From an uncultured Bacillota bacterium (lineage in GTDB: Bacteria > Bacillota_I > Bacilli_A > RF39 > UBA660): a DNA stretch of 64,000 nt. Numbering within the stretch: position 1 is the first letter of the stretch; each line of letters opens with the position of its first letter. A program made the position numbers and the translations under genes. The notes beneath the pieces were generated by a model. That model was given only the letters and a program-made list of their open reading frames with translations. It was not told where the DNA came from and made no database searches. Location of the stretch: positions 6,075 through 70,074 of the forward strand of contig CAMJOB010000002.1 in the NCBI GenBank assembly GCA_946407495.1, written 5' to 3'. Below, piece after piece: positions 28,749 to 37,682 of the stretch.

Positions 28749-29043
28749 CTTTATAACACCATCCTCTCCAACGGTAGGTTTGCCTACTCGTTATGAAATC
28801 ATACAATTCCATGATTACAACTAACATATTATGATAGTATGGTATGGGCATTACTAAGAATGCACATACAATTCCTGGAGACAATACTAAGATTGTCTCT
28901 AGGGTTCCACTTACTGGCATAAATGCTAGAAGAGCGACTGTAACTAGAACACCACTTCCAAATAACGCTAGGTCAAATGGAGTAAATATTCCTAATATCA
29001 ATTTACCAGTTTTTGTATTTGCTGGTATTAAATAATTACGCAT
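28729..29043 (-). CDS. Small two-TM T4SS membrane protein (VirB3-like / PrgI-TcpE-like)
   Basis: 104 aa. Two TMs (FDLALFGSGVLVTVALLAF, ILVLSPGIVCAFLVMPI). Lies directly upstream of the VirB4 pair. Confidence 0.45.
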   Translation of the reverse strand: MRNYLIPANTKTGKLILGIFTPFDLALFGSGVLVTVALLAFMPVSGTLETILVLSPGIVCAFLVMPIPYYHNMLVVIMELYDFITSRQTYRWRGWCYKVGKKGK

Positions 29044-29072
29044 TTTGTATCACACACCCTTCATAATTATTA

Positions 29073-30989
29073 CTACTTACTATCAGTTCCAGAACCAGTT
29101 TTATATGATCCAGATCCAAAGCTGTCGTCCAATGTACCAGTGAAAGAACTAACATCTTTCTTATATGTGTAATCAATTTCTTTAACAGCTTTTCCATCAG
29201 CATCTTTAACAACATTTCCATCGTTGTCTTTTAATACTCTACCTGTAGCTTGAGCACTTTCAACTTTATATGGCGTTCTGTAAGTTTCTTCTCTTGTATC
29301 TATCATACGTGGAGCAACACCCAATTGAGCTCTTGCTTTATCCATTTTTTCGTATGTTTTGCTAGCTTTAGCAAATCTAGCTCCAACTCTTTCATTTCTG
29401 TCATAAGCTTCTTGATATTCTCGGTATGCAGCAGCTCTTTGTTCAGGAGTAGCATCTGCTCCAAGAGAACGAATTTTTTGTGCAGCATAGTCGAGAGCTT
29501 TCTTTGTCTTGAAACTTTCTTGTTCCCATTGATCTGCTTCATATTTTGCTTTTGCTACATCTTGAGCTCCTATACCATACTTAGCAGCTTGAGCTTCACG
29601 AGTTTGATAATTTAACTTGTCTAATTGGTGACCCATGATACCGCCTTTTGCATCTTTATCACCAGTTTTAATTTTCTCCATTAAATCTCTGTTTTGAGAC
29701 CATGTAGCTCCAAGAGGAACGGCTTTTCCTGATACTTGACCATCTATTTCAGAATTAGTTCCGTTCATAGCTCCATAGGCGAATCCTTTTAGTCCTCCAC
29801 CATTTAAAGCCATAGCTGAACCACCAAGAAGTGCTGATAGACCAATATTTGATAAGTGAGTTTTGATTCCTAAAGCATCAGTTATGAACTTAGGTGCCAT
29901 CTTAGCAAACATTAATAATCCAATACAGATTACGATAAATGCAACTACACCTGTAATTCCACCTACACCCATAGATCCATTCATAATTAATCCGTTACGG
30001 ATAATATCATCAATTAGGAATAATGCGAAATATACCATTGCTAAACGGATAAATAAATCTAAATATGTTGCAATTAATAGTTTTAACCAACTACCAAATG
30101 CACCATTTTTCTCTTGACCAGGTTCCATATAACTAATAATTGGAATTGGTGCAATTAAACGTAATACAGATAGTTTGATAGCACGAATTGCAATATCAAT
30201 TGAGAATACTGCAAATAAAATTGTAAAGATTATTGCTACTATACCACCAACGATTGGCACGTATGCTAAAGCATAATAGTTAGTACCAAATACTAGGAAT
30301 TTATTACCACATTCATCATTTAAGTGATCTAGGAATAAATCCGTTACCGTGGCATTATCATAATTATTATCTTTTACTATGTCTTCATCAGGACACATAT
30401 ATTCATCAGAGCCTTGCTCTTTATGATTTCGTTGTACAAATCCTTTTGCTATAGTTGAAATGAATTTATCTTTAATTCCAGGAAGTCCACTCGATATAAC
30501 ACTTCCATCTGATGCTCTTCTTGGTGCATCATTACCTAAAATTAATTGTCCTAAAACATCATTTTCTAGAATTCTTTTTTGTAATGAATATAATGTACCA
30601 AACATAATACCATTATTATTAACTTCTACTTGAAAACGATTTCTTGGATTTTGAATATTTAAAGGCATAACTAGTGATAACATAACCAAACTTGTTACAA
30701 TTCTTGTAATCAATTGACTACTTCCTGATTGTTTATCATTTAAATAGTCTGGGTTAACCATTGATTTTAAAATCATAATAGTTAGCTTAAACACCATGAA
30801 AATTCCTAGAATTAATTGAATTCTAGAAATTAAATTGAACACTGTCTCTCCGGTAAATAATTCTGCATTAGCTACAGCGTAGAAAACTTCATACACCCAG
30901 CCTAATATTTCAAAGAATACCCAATCGATCCATCCTAGAATGGTACGAACTAAATCTAGTCCCCACCAAGCACCCCAAGTTTGAGCCAT
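29073..30989 (-). CDS. VirB6/TrbL-like polytopic T4SS channel protein with charged C-terminal coiled region
   Basis: 638 aa. At least 6 predicted TMs across residues 1-400, then about 200 aa of a hydrophilic K/E/A-rich tail. Position between the VirB2-like and VirB3/VirB4-like genes. Confidence 0.55.
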   Translation of the reverse strand: MAQTWGAWWGLDLVRTILGWIDWVFFEILGWVYEVFYAVANAELFTGETVFNLISRIQLILGIFMVFKLTIMILKSMVNPDYLNDKQSGSSQLITRIVTSLVMLSLVMPLNIQNPRNRFQVEVNNNGIMFGTLYSLQKRILENDVLGQLILGNDAPRRASDGSVISSGLPGIKDKFISTIAKGFVQRNHKEQGSDEYMCPDEDIVKDNNYDNATVTDLFLDHLNDECGNKFLVFGTNYYALAYVPIVGGIVAIIFTILFAVFSIDIAIRAIKLSVLRLIAPIPIISYMEPGQEKNGAFGSWLKLLIATYLDLFIRLAMVYFALFLIDDIIRNGLIMNGSMGVGGITGVVAFIVICIGLLMFAKMAPKFITDALGIKTHLSNIGLSALLGGSAMALNGGGLKGFAYGAMNGTNSEIDGQVSGKAVPLGATWSQNRDLMEKIKTGDKDAKGGIMGHQLDKLNYQTREAQAAKYGIGAQDVAKAKYEADQWEQESFKTKKALDYAAQKIRSLGADATPEQRAAAYREYQEAYDRNERVGARFAKASKTYEKMDKARAQLGVAPRMIDTREETYRTPYKVESAQATGRVLKDNDGNVVKDADGKAVKEIDYTYKKDVSSFTGTLDDSFGSGSYKTGSGTDSK

Positions 30990-31018
30990 TCTTTCATCAC
31001 CTCGTTATTTCTTTTATT

Positions 31019-32044
31019 TTAATCTAATACGCACACTGGTCCACCAGTAATTCCAAATACATCAAGTAATACTTCTACTAACGTAGGTACTACAAATAAG
31101 GCTATAGCTAAGACTAATCTTGTGATTAATCTCTTATAACATTTTTGCATTGTTTCATCATCGCCAGCAATAATAGCTTTTGTAAAATCAATTGCGCTCA
31201 TTACTAGGATTATCATTGGTCCTAAAACCTTTAAATAATTAAAGATTTGTTTTACTAACCATGCTGTAGAATCTTCATCTGCAGGATCACCTAAAATTGT
31301 GTCAGTACATGATGCTCCTTGAGCTCCATCGTATGATAAAGATTTAGTTGCTTGTCCATCCTTTTCGCTTATATCATTTTTTGGACATGCATTTTTATTA
31401 CTTGTTAATTTATATTCGTATTTGCCGTCTTTTTTAACGACGCATCTATATATATTATTGTATTGTGCATCATTAGTAAAGATATCTTTTGCAATATTTT
31501 TATCAATTGTTATATTATTATCCTTATTATAAGAGATTGCTTTGCTAATATCTTTGTAGTTTGCTCCATCAATACTCCATTCAATTGTTCCATCATTTAA
31601 CATACGGAAGTATGGAACAAAGTAAGATGTTTTATTATATACTCCTACACTATTACCAATAATAGTTTTTGTAACTCCATTTGTTTCAGCATTGATTGTT
31701 TTACAAATTCCGTTACAATGATTTTGATCAATTGGATTTAACATAACCATATTATAATCATCATTTTCTTCTACAGTAATTGTTGGACATACTGTTCCAT
31801 TACTAGAATTTGATGCACGTAAAAATTCATCTGATAAGTTATTACTTTGATACCAGATTTTTCCGTTAATAATATCTCCGTCTTTCCAATTTGTTTCTAC
31901 TTTGTTACTATTTAATTTAAAAATTAGTTCTTGACTTTCTACCTTGTAAATACAAGTATTTTCTTCTTTTGCTTCTACTTTGAAAGGGCAAAATAAGCTT
32001 AGTGCTAATAATAAAGTAAATGTAAATATTTTGCTATTTTTCAT
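31019..32044 (-). CDS. Secreted Cys-containing domain fused to a C-terminal VirB2/TrbC-like two-TM hairpin
   Basis: Start re-called to ATG 32044 (MKNSKIFTFTLLLALSLFCPFKVEA signal peptide, GGAGTG RBS). The C-terminal WLVKQIFNYLKVLGPMIILVMSAIDFTKAIIAGDDETMQKCYKRLITRLVLAIALFVVPTLVEVLLDVFG aligns with the 111-aa protein. Confidence 0.5.
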   Translation of the reverse strand: MKNSKIFTFTLLLALSLFCPFKVEAKEENTCIYKVESQELIFKLNSNKVETNWKDGDIINGKIWYQSNNLSDEFLRASNSSNGTVCPTITVEENDDYNMVMLNPIDQNHCNGICKTINAETNGVTKTIIGNSVGVYNKTSYFVPYFRMLNDGTIEWSIDGANYKDISKAISYNKDNNITIDKNIAKDIFTNDAQYNNIYRCVVKKDGKYEYKLTSNKNACPKNDISEKDGQATKSLSYDGAQGASCTDTILGDPADEDSTAWLVKQIFNYLKVLGPMIILVMSAIDFTKAIIAGDDETMQKCYKRLITRLVLAIALFVVPTLVEVLLDVFGITGGPVCVLD

Positions 32045-32090
32045 AAGACCCACTCCAAATTACATTTTAACACATTAATTATAACATTAG

Positions 32091-32116
32091 AAAAAAAAAA
32101 TAGCAATTGTGCTATT
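32091..32116 (-). terminator. Rho-independent terminator after the VirB2-like gene
   Basis: Minus strand AATAGCA-CAAT-TGCTATT followed by 8 T, 26 nt after the stop. Confidence 0.65.
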
Positions 32117-32141
32117 CTTTTTTTTTCTTATTATTTTTTTA

Positions 32142-32477
32142 CTATTTAGCTGCGTTCCAGCAATTGCTCCAACTATTAGTATCACTATCAGATCCACCGT
32201 TTCCGATGATATCCATGATAACTGTTACTAATGTTACTACAAAGAAGATCAATGCAGCGTAGATACATCTCTTGATTAATCTGCTTTGTGCTGCTTTAAT
32301 TTCTTTTTCATCACTAGCAATAACAGCTTTTCCTAAATCAATAATTCCGTAAATAATTAATACGATTGGAATTAAAATTTGAACGATAGGATATATACCT
32401 CTTCTGATTACTCTAACTAGTGGTAGTAATCCACGGCAACCATCGTCAATTTCACCAATTTGAATTAGTTTATCCAT
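32142..32477 (-). CDS. VirB2/TrbC-like pilin-type two-TM hairpin protein
   Basis: 111 aa. TM1 IYPIVQILIPIVLIIYGIIDLG, basic loop SDEKEIKAAQSRLIKR, TM2 IYAALIFFVVTLVTVIMDIIG. Has its own promoter and terminator. Confidence 0.5.
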   Translation of the reverse strand: MDKLIQIGEIDDGCRGLLPLVRVIRRGIYPIVQILIPIVLIIYGIIDLGKAVIASDEKEIKAAQSRLIKRCIYAALIFFVVTLVTVIMDIIGNGGSDSDTNSWSNCWNAAK

Positions 32478-32503
32478 AATCTTATCTCTCCTTCGTTAAG
32501 AAT

Positions 32504-32532
32504 ATCATACCTTATATCAAAGTCTTTGTCAA
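32504..32532 (-). promoter_or_regulatory. Strong sigma-A promoter of the VirB2-like gene
   Basis: Minus strand TTGACA (32532-32527), 17 nt, TATGAT (32509-32504), followed by an AAGGAGAG RBS. Confidence 0.6.
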
Positions 32533-32537
32533 TTAAT

Positions 32538-33812
32538 TTACTTCCTAAACAAACCAAAAATTCCACTTTGAGAACTACCTGAATTTGTATTAGAAATAAT
32601 ATTACATCTTTGCATAAAGTCTATGATAATTTCATTTCTTTTTCGATCATTTAAAGGTGGCATATTATATTTAATTTGTAGTCCTGATTCATACTCAAAT
32701 TCTTGTACTTCTTTTTGAGTTAATAGACTCTTATTTAATACCACTTTTTTTCCTCTAAGCATAGCAATGATGGATTTATTTCTTTGCATTAAAGAATGTA
32801 ATTTTATAATGCTTGGTTCTATTAAGTAGATTATGTCGTGACATATTCCACCTAAATCATGACCATTTAAGTCTACGAATATAATCTTTGCGTCTGACAT
32901 TTTTCTAATAGTTTTAGCAAGATCATCTGCAGTTTCTGAAAACATTTGTTTATCATTGTATGCTAGAAAATCGCTTTTTTCTATTTCTATTGCGTAGACA
33001 CCTTGTCCATACATTGATGATAATTCTTTCTTCATCATGTATACCAAACTTGTTGCACCTGCATTATCTGTGACATTTTGAACACCAATTACTAATACAT
33101 TTCCAACATTTTGTTGTTGATTCATTTGTTGTTGAGGCGCTTGTTGTTGTACAGGTTGCGGCATTGGTTGTTGTACTGGCTGTTGTTGTGGTCTATCTAA
33201 ATGCATACTAACCTTTTGGTAGAACACACCTTGTTGCGGTGGTTGTGTTGGCTGTGGCATTGGTTGTGCAGGTTGTTGTTCAAACATAGGAGCTTGGGTT
33301 GGTTGTGGTTCTTCTTGTGCTAATCTTTGAACCTCTTGCTCTCTTGAAGGCTCTAATGGTGGTGGTGGAACTACTTGCTCCATTTGTGTTGGAGGTACTT
33401 CCTCATATTGGCCACTATCAGTTGTTCCTTCACCCATTTTTTGAATATGTTCAACATCTTTATATGTGTTGGAATTATTAATTAGATAAATAACTCCTTC
33501 AATATTTGTTGTAAAGTTATAAATACCATATGTTATTAGACGAGATAAAAATCCAGATGTGCACAAGTCACTACCTTCTGGAAGGTAAAATATGACTTTA
33601 TCTGGATTTAAGCCTTCTACTAGTTCTTTATATGTTTCAGGATTGTTATAATCCTTAAGAGCTGTTACATCTAATATCATCTTATTATAGAAAAAATCTT
33701 TAAATAATGCGATTAGTTCACTTGCTTGAAAGCTTCCAGTTATGCTTTTAATAATATCTACTTCGATATTTTGTAACTGATTTTGCTGTTCATTCAATAC
33801 AAGCACATTCAT
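32538..33812 (-). CDS. TadZ/CpaE-like protein: N-terminal receiver-like domain, Pro/Gln-rich linker, C-terminal ParA/MinD-like domain with degenerate P-loop
   Basis: 424 aa. C-terminal VLVIGVQNVTDNAGATSLVYMM sits in place of the GxxGxGK[ST] motif and is followed by a MinD-like layout. Lies within the tad gene set. Confidence 0.45.
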   Translation of the reverse strand: MNVLVLNEQQNQLQNIEVDIIKSITGSFQASELIALFKDFFYNKMILDVTALKDYNNPETYKELVEGLNPDKVIFYLPEGSDLCTSGFLSRLITYGIYNFTTNIEGVIYLINNSNTYKDVEHIQKMGEGTTDSGQYEEVPPTQMEQVVPPPPLEPSREQEVQRLAQEEPQPTQAPMFEQQPAQPMPQPTQPPQQGVFYQKVSMHLDRPQQQPVQQPMPQPVQQQAPQQQMNQQQNVGNVLVIGVQNVTDNAGATSLVYMMKKELSSMYGQGVYAIEIEKSDFLAYNDKQMFSETADDLAKTIRKMSDAKIIFVDLNGHDLGGICHDIIYLIEPSIIKLHSLMQRNKSIIAMLRGKKVVLNKSLLTQKEVQEFEYESGLQIKYNMPPLNDRKRNEIIIDFMQRCNIISNTNSGSSQSGIFGLFRK

Positions 33813-33835
33813 AGTATCAGCCCCTTATTCTTTTA

Positions 33836-34288
33836 CTATTTACTTTTAACACGAATAGCTTTTGTATCTCCTGTTATTTGGAATACATTTAAATTTGGTA
33901 ATACATTACGGATAATAGGCATATCAATTTGGATTTGAGTTAATACTTTGTAATAGACTCTTCTATTACCTTCATCTTCTCCACCATTATTGTTTGAATA
34001 CACTTGTTTATAGCACCATCCTCCTCCTGGTCCAGCAATCATTCCTTTTGCTTCACAGTTCATATCGAATGCTGTGCTATATCCTATATCAATCATGTAT
34101 TGTTTAATTTGTTCTTCTACAGCTCGGTTATCAATATTACCTTCATATTCTTCAATTGTAGAGATGATCTTGTTCTTTACACGGAATGCTTTAGTATAAT
34201 TCACGTTAAAAGCAAGATATCCAGATACGATTACTAAGAATACTACTATGATAACTAAGTTAACTACTCCACCTACTGCATCACGCAT
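33836..34288 (-). CDS. TadE/TadF-like minor pilin candidate
   Basis: 150 aa. MRDAVGG then the hydrophobic VVNLVIIVVFLVIVSGYLAF. Lies directly downstream of the small pilin candidate. Confidence 0.35.
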   Translation of the reverse strand: MRDAVGGVVNLVIIVVFLVIVSGYLAFNVNYTKAFRVKNKIISTIEEYEGNIDNRAVEEQIKQYMIDIGYSTAFDMNCEAKGMIAGPGGGWCYKQVYSNNNGGEDEGNRRVYYKVLTQIQIDMPIIRNVLPNLNVFQITGDTKAIRVKSK

Positions 34289-34312
34289 CTATATCACCAA
34301 CTTTTTATTATT

Positions 34313-34516
34313 CTAGTCATTGTCTTCATTAATTCTACTTGTATTTTGTTTAATACAGTTTCCATTTGCGTCTCTCTTTTCACATGAAATAGAGTCCCAT
34401 TGACTACCAATACTATTTTTGATACTTGGCCACATTAACCAGAAGAATCCGATTACTGCTGCGATGGCAATCATTGTAATAACTGTTAATTGTAATTCAC
34501 CAGTTGCTGCTTTCAT
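34313..34516 (-). CDS. Small Flp-size pilin candidate (non-canonical leader)
   Basis: 67 aa. MKAATG|ELQLTVITMIAIAAVIGFFWLMW, a short leader ending in Gly followed by a hydrophobic helix. Own promoter. Two Cys in the C-terminal part. Confidence 0.4.
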   Translation of the reverse strand: MKAATGELQLTVITMIAIAAVIGFFWLMWPSIKNSIGSQWDSISCEKRDANGNCIKQNTSRINEDND

Positions 34517-34547
34517 TGGCTTTCACATCCTTTCCTATCCTAAAAAC

Positions 34548-34576
34548 ATTATAACAAAATCATTTTTGTTTTACAA
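34548..34576 (-). promoter_or_regulatory. Sigma-A promoter (TG-extended -10) of the small pilin candidate
   Basis: Minus strand TTGTAA (34576-34571), 17 nt ending in TGT, TATAAT (34553-34548). Confidence 0.55.
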
Positions 34577-34583
34577 ATATATT

Positions 34584-35393
34584 TTATGTTTGGAAAATCA
34601 TTAACATTGAGATTAAGATAATCATCATAACTCCAATACCAGTAACTACCAACATAATCATGGTTTGTTGTTCCATATGATTTAATCTTTCTTTATATTT
34701 TGTTTCCCTTGCTTTATTTTGTAAAGTTGACACGGTTCTTGAAAACATCATTAATCGGTCTTGCTTCTTTTCTTGCGAACCAATTCCTAAACGATATAAC
34801 AAACGCATCATTCTCATTGAATCTCTAACTGGATAAGTATTTGCAAATTCCATATATGGATCAATACTTGAATCACCAGCATTGATTCTATCAATCATTC
34901 TACGAAGTCCAGGTCTAAATATTTCTGGTGCATCTTGAATAGATTTACCTATTGCTACTGGAACTGTGTAGTGTTGAATTAAAATCTCTAACGATTTTAA
35001 GTAATATGGAAGCATAATATCAATTTCATGTAAGTGTGCTTTATAATTGTTTTTTAATTGCATATAAGGAATTTTAAAACATAAATAAGCAATTGCTACT
35101 GATAATACTAAATTCAAGAAGAATTGAGTATTAATGAAATCTAGTGAGCTTCCTCCACTCATTGAGAATGCTAATACGATGAAAAACATTATTAAGGCAA
35201 ATGTAATTCTCTTAGAATATAATTGATCTGCATCTGCGTCTTCACCATATTTTGCATATACTAAGAATGTATAATCATCTTCTCTTATAATATCAAAGTA
35301 TTTTTCATTATCTGCAAAGAATTTATCTTTATCGATTGTATTATTGTAGATAAGAATATACATGATAATTGCACCTATTAATAATATCTCCAT
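34584..35393 (-). CDS. tadC: TadC-like (T2SS-F family) pilus platform membrane protein
   Basis: 269 aa. N-terminal TM, mid TMs, helical cytoplasmic domain and C-terminal TM. TAATG overlap with the upstream TadB-like gene. Canonical tadA-tadB-tadC order. Confidence 0.55.
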   Translation of the reverse strand: MEILLIGAIIMYILIYNNTIDKDKFFADNEKYFDIIREDDYTFLVYAKYGEDADADQLYSKRITFALIMFFIVLAFSMSGGSSLDFINTQFFLNLVLSVAIAYLCFKIPYMQLKNNYKAHLHEIDIMLPYYLKSLEILIQHYTVPVAIGKSIQDAPEIFRPGLRRMIDRINAGDSSIDPYMEFANTYPVRDSMRMMRLLYRLGIGSQEKKQDRLMMFSRTVSTLQNKARETKYKERLNHMEQQTMIMLVVTGIGVMMIILISMLMIFQT

Positions 35394-36295
35394 TACTCAG
35401 CACCTACATTCTCATTATAATATTTTTCTCCTTTTAAAAGGAAATATGTATTAACAATCAAAACTCCGTGTAAGAGTACTTGAATAAATAATTTATCTAA
35501 TAGAACAACATAAGTTTCTCTTCCTAACAAGTACTGTACTAACATAACCATCAGGTATAACATTATACCGAACTGTAAGAAGTTCTTGTGGAAGTTTTGT
35601 CTTTCAATACGGTCACGATATACACTTTCAATAAGCATATCGATATCTGTTTGCATGTTATCTAGAGAGTCTGCAGTATTTCTTGCACCTTCTTTAGTGA
35701 TTTGTAAGAATAATTGATGCATGTTTTTAACTATATAATATGGATAATGTTGTGACATATACTCTAATGATTCATCAATTGTACCATTTTTATATGCCAT
35801 ATCTATCATATGGTTAACATCACTTAATACTGGATCTTCTAGAACTCCAGATGATCTAACACCTTCTAGAGATTTAACAAATGATTGTGTAGTAGCAAAT
35901 TCCATAATAGTATTTGAAGTATATACTTGAATTTGCTCGAAGATAAATTCTGAATATACTTTATTACATCTTAGATATGCTAAGTATGGAACAAATGCTA
36001 CTGAAATTAGCATGTATATAATACTAATAATTAAACTATAAAAATATAGATAGGTTACTACTCCAGCAAATCCTGCAATTAGGACTACTTGAATTGTATA
36101 TTGTCTAACACTATATTCTTGTCCAAGTTCTTTTGTTTTTTCACGAACTACCTTGAAAGAATATGGAGCAAACTTATTGTACATTTCTTGTACTTGACCA
36201 GTAACATATTTTCCTACATTTTCACCTTTATAGTTACGATATAGATAAATACCGACAGCAAATACGATTATTATAAATAACTCTTCTATATACAT
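35393..36295 (-). CDS. tadB: TadB-like (T2SS-F family) pilus platform membrane protein
   Basis: 300 aa. Same TM/helical layout as TadC. Immediately downstream of the TadA ATPase gene. Confidence 0.55.
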   Translation of the reverse strand: MYIEELFIIIVFAVGIYLYRNYKGENVGKYVTGQVQEMYNKFAPYSFKVVREKTKELGQEYSVRQYTIQVVLIAGFAGVVTYLYFYSLIISIIYMLISVAFVPYLAYLRCNKVYSEFIFEQIQVYTSNTIMEFATTQSFVKSLEGVRSSGVLEDPVLSDVNHMIDMAYKNGTIDESLEYMSQHYPYYIVKNMHQLFLQITKEGARNTADSLDNMQTDIDMLIESVYRDRIERQNFHKNFLQFGIMLYLMVMLVQYLLGRETYVVLLDKLFIQVLLHGVLIVNTYFLLKGEKYYNENVGAE

Positions 36296-36311
36296 ATTAT
36301 TTTGCCCCTTT

Positions 36312-37667
36312 CTAACTTTGTGGTAATGGTTGTGCCGGTTGTTGAACTACTGGTTGTACTGGCGCCTGTACCTGAGGTTGAACTGCAGGTTGTGCAGGAG
36401 CTGCTGGTGCAACCGGTGGTTTTGCAACTTGTGGTTGAGCCACAGTTGGTTGAACCGGTGTTTGTGGATGTACCGCTTGTTGTGCTGGTTGTGCCGGTTG
36501 TTGAAGTGGTACTGGTTTTGGAGGATTAACTGCAGATGTTGGAGGGGCTGCTTTAGCAGGTGCACTCTCTTTTTCTGATTCAGGTACTCCAAATTCTGTT
36601 ACCGACATTTTTGTTGGTAAATTCTTTATAATATCTGATACATCGATATTTTGATTTTCGATATATTCAATTAAATGATCACTTGGTCGAATCATTTCTT
36701 CTTTACCCATTTGTTTACGGTAAATTGTATGTGCTACTGGTTCATTATTATCATCTACATAGAATTCAGTAACTTCATCAACTTCACGATGGAACTTACC
36801 ATATTCTTTACTGTAGAATGCCTTAATGTGTACACCGATTTGTACGTAACGATAAATTGTATTTAAGAATTGGTTAACATCCAAATCTGTTTCCATTAAG
36901 GAATATAGACGATATGGGATAGCTGATGCCTTATCTGCATGGATTGTAGATAAGATATTGTGACCTGATGAAATAGAGTTACGTACAGCAGAAACAGCTT
37001 CTGCAGAACGAACTTCGGAAAGTAGAATCCACTTTGGATTCTGACGCATACAGGTAACTAATACATCAGAATAACTAGCTACGTTATTAGTTTTCATAGA
37101 TACGATATCTCTTTGTGGGAAAATCTTATCTAAGTGCAACTCTAGAGTATCCTCTATCGTTATTATCTTTTCATTTACTCTTGTGTGAGAAGCTAAGTAT
37201 TTAACAAACTCTGTTTTACCTGAACCAGTTTCACCGGCTACCATGATATTACAGTGTCCTTCTACACATTTAATTAAGAAATCATGAATATTTTCTGTGA
37301 AGTAATCTTCACTAATTAATTTATCTTTTTCTAGACGAATTTTTGCAGGAGTTTTACGGATAACTAACGCAATACCATTTGTTGCAATGGATTGATGTAC
37401 GAAGTTCATACGTAACTCAGCACTTTCAGCATCTAGAAATGGTTTGGCATTGTTAAATGTTGTTCCCATAACGTTGGAACATTGGAATGCCAACTTTTCA
37501 ACAAACTCTGGTGTTGCCCCTTCTACCTCTACTCTCATTGATCCTTGAGTAAGAGAACGAATCCATATTTGTCCTCCATTATCATATGAGATATCGGTGA
37601 TATCATCATCCTCTAGTAATGGTTTAAAAGGTCCAAAGTCTAATTTATCAAATATACTACCATTCAC
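36312..37667 (-). CDS. tadA: TadA/CpaF-family (VirB11-superfamily) secretion ATPase with Pro/Gln/Ala/Val-rich C-terminal tail
   Basis: 451 aa with a GTG start. Walker A GETGSGKTE, Asp box IITIEDTLEL, Walker B WILLSEVR, His box GHNILSTIHA. The last ~110 aa are PAQ-rich low complexity. Confidence 0.9.
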   Translation of the reverse strand: MNGSIFDKLDFGPFKPLLEDDDITDISYDNGGQIWIRSLTQGSMRVEVEGATPEFVEKLAFQCSNVMGTTFNNAKPFLDAESAELRMNFVHQSIATNGIALVIRKTPAKIRLEKDKLISEDYFTENIHDFLIKCVEGHCNIMVAGETGSGKTEFVKYLASHTRVNEKIITIEDTLELHLDKIFPQRDIVSMKTNNVASYSDVLVTCMRQNPKWILLSEVRSAEAVSAVRNSISSGHNILSTIHADKASAIPYRLYSLMETDLDVNQFLNTIYRYVQIGVHIKAFYSKEYGKFHREVDEVTEFYVDDNNEPVAHTIYRKQMGKEEMIRPSDHLIEYIENQNIDVSDIIKNLPTKMSVTEFGVPESEKESAPAKAAPPTSAVNPPKPVPLQQPAQPAQQAVHPQTPVQPTVAQPQVAKPPVAPAAPAQPAVQPQVQAPVQPVVQQPAQPLPQS

Positions 37668-37682
37668 TAACCATCACCCCTT

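Noticed and set aside
29036-29221. 61-aa minus-strand ORF overlapping the 3' end of the VirB6-like gene, plus the many other short ORFs in the track nested inside long genes (for example 4400-4615, 6720-6941, 10153-10356, 22039-22371, 39053-39256, 45205-45405).
   Set aside because: All are fully embedded in much longer, motif-supported genes in another frame or strand. They lack RBSs and have compositions typical of AT-rich frame artefacts.
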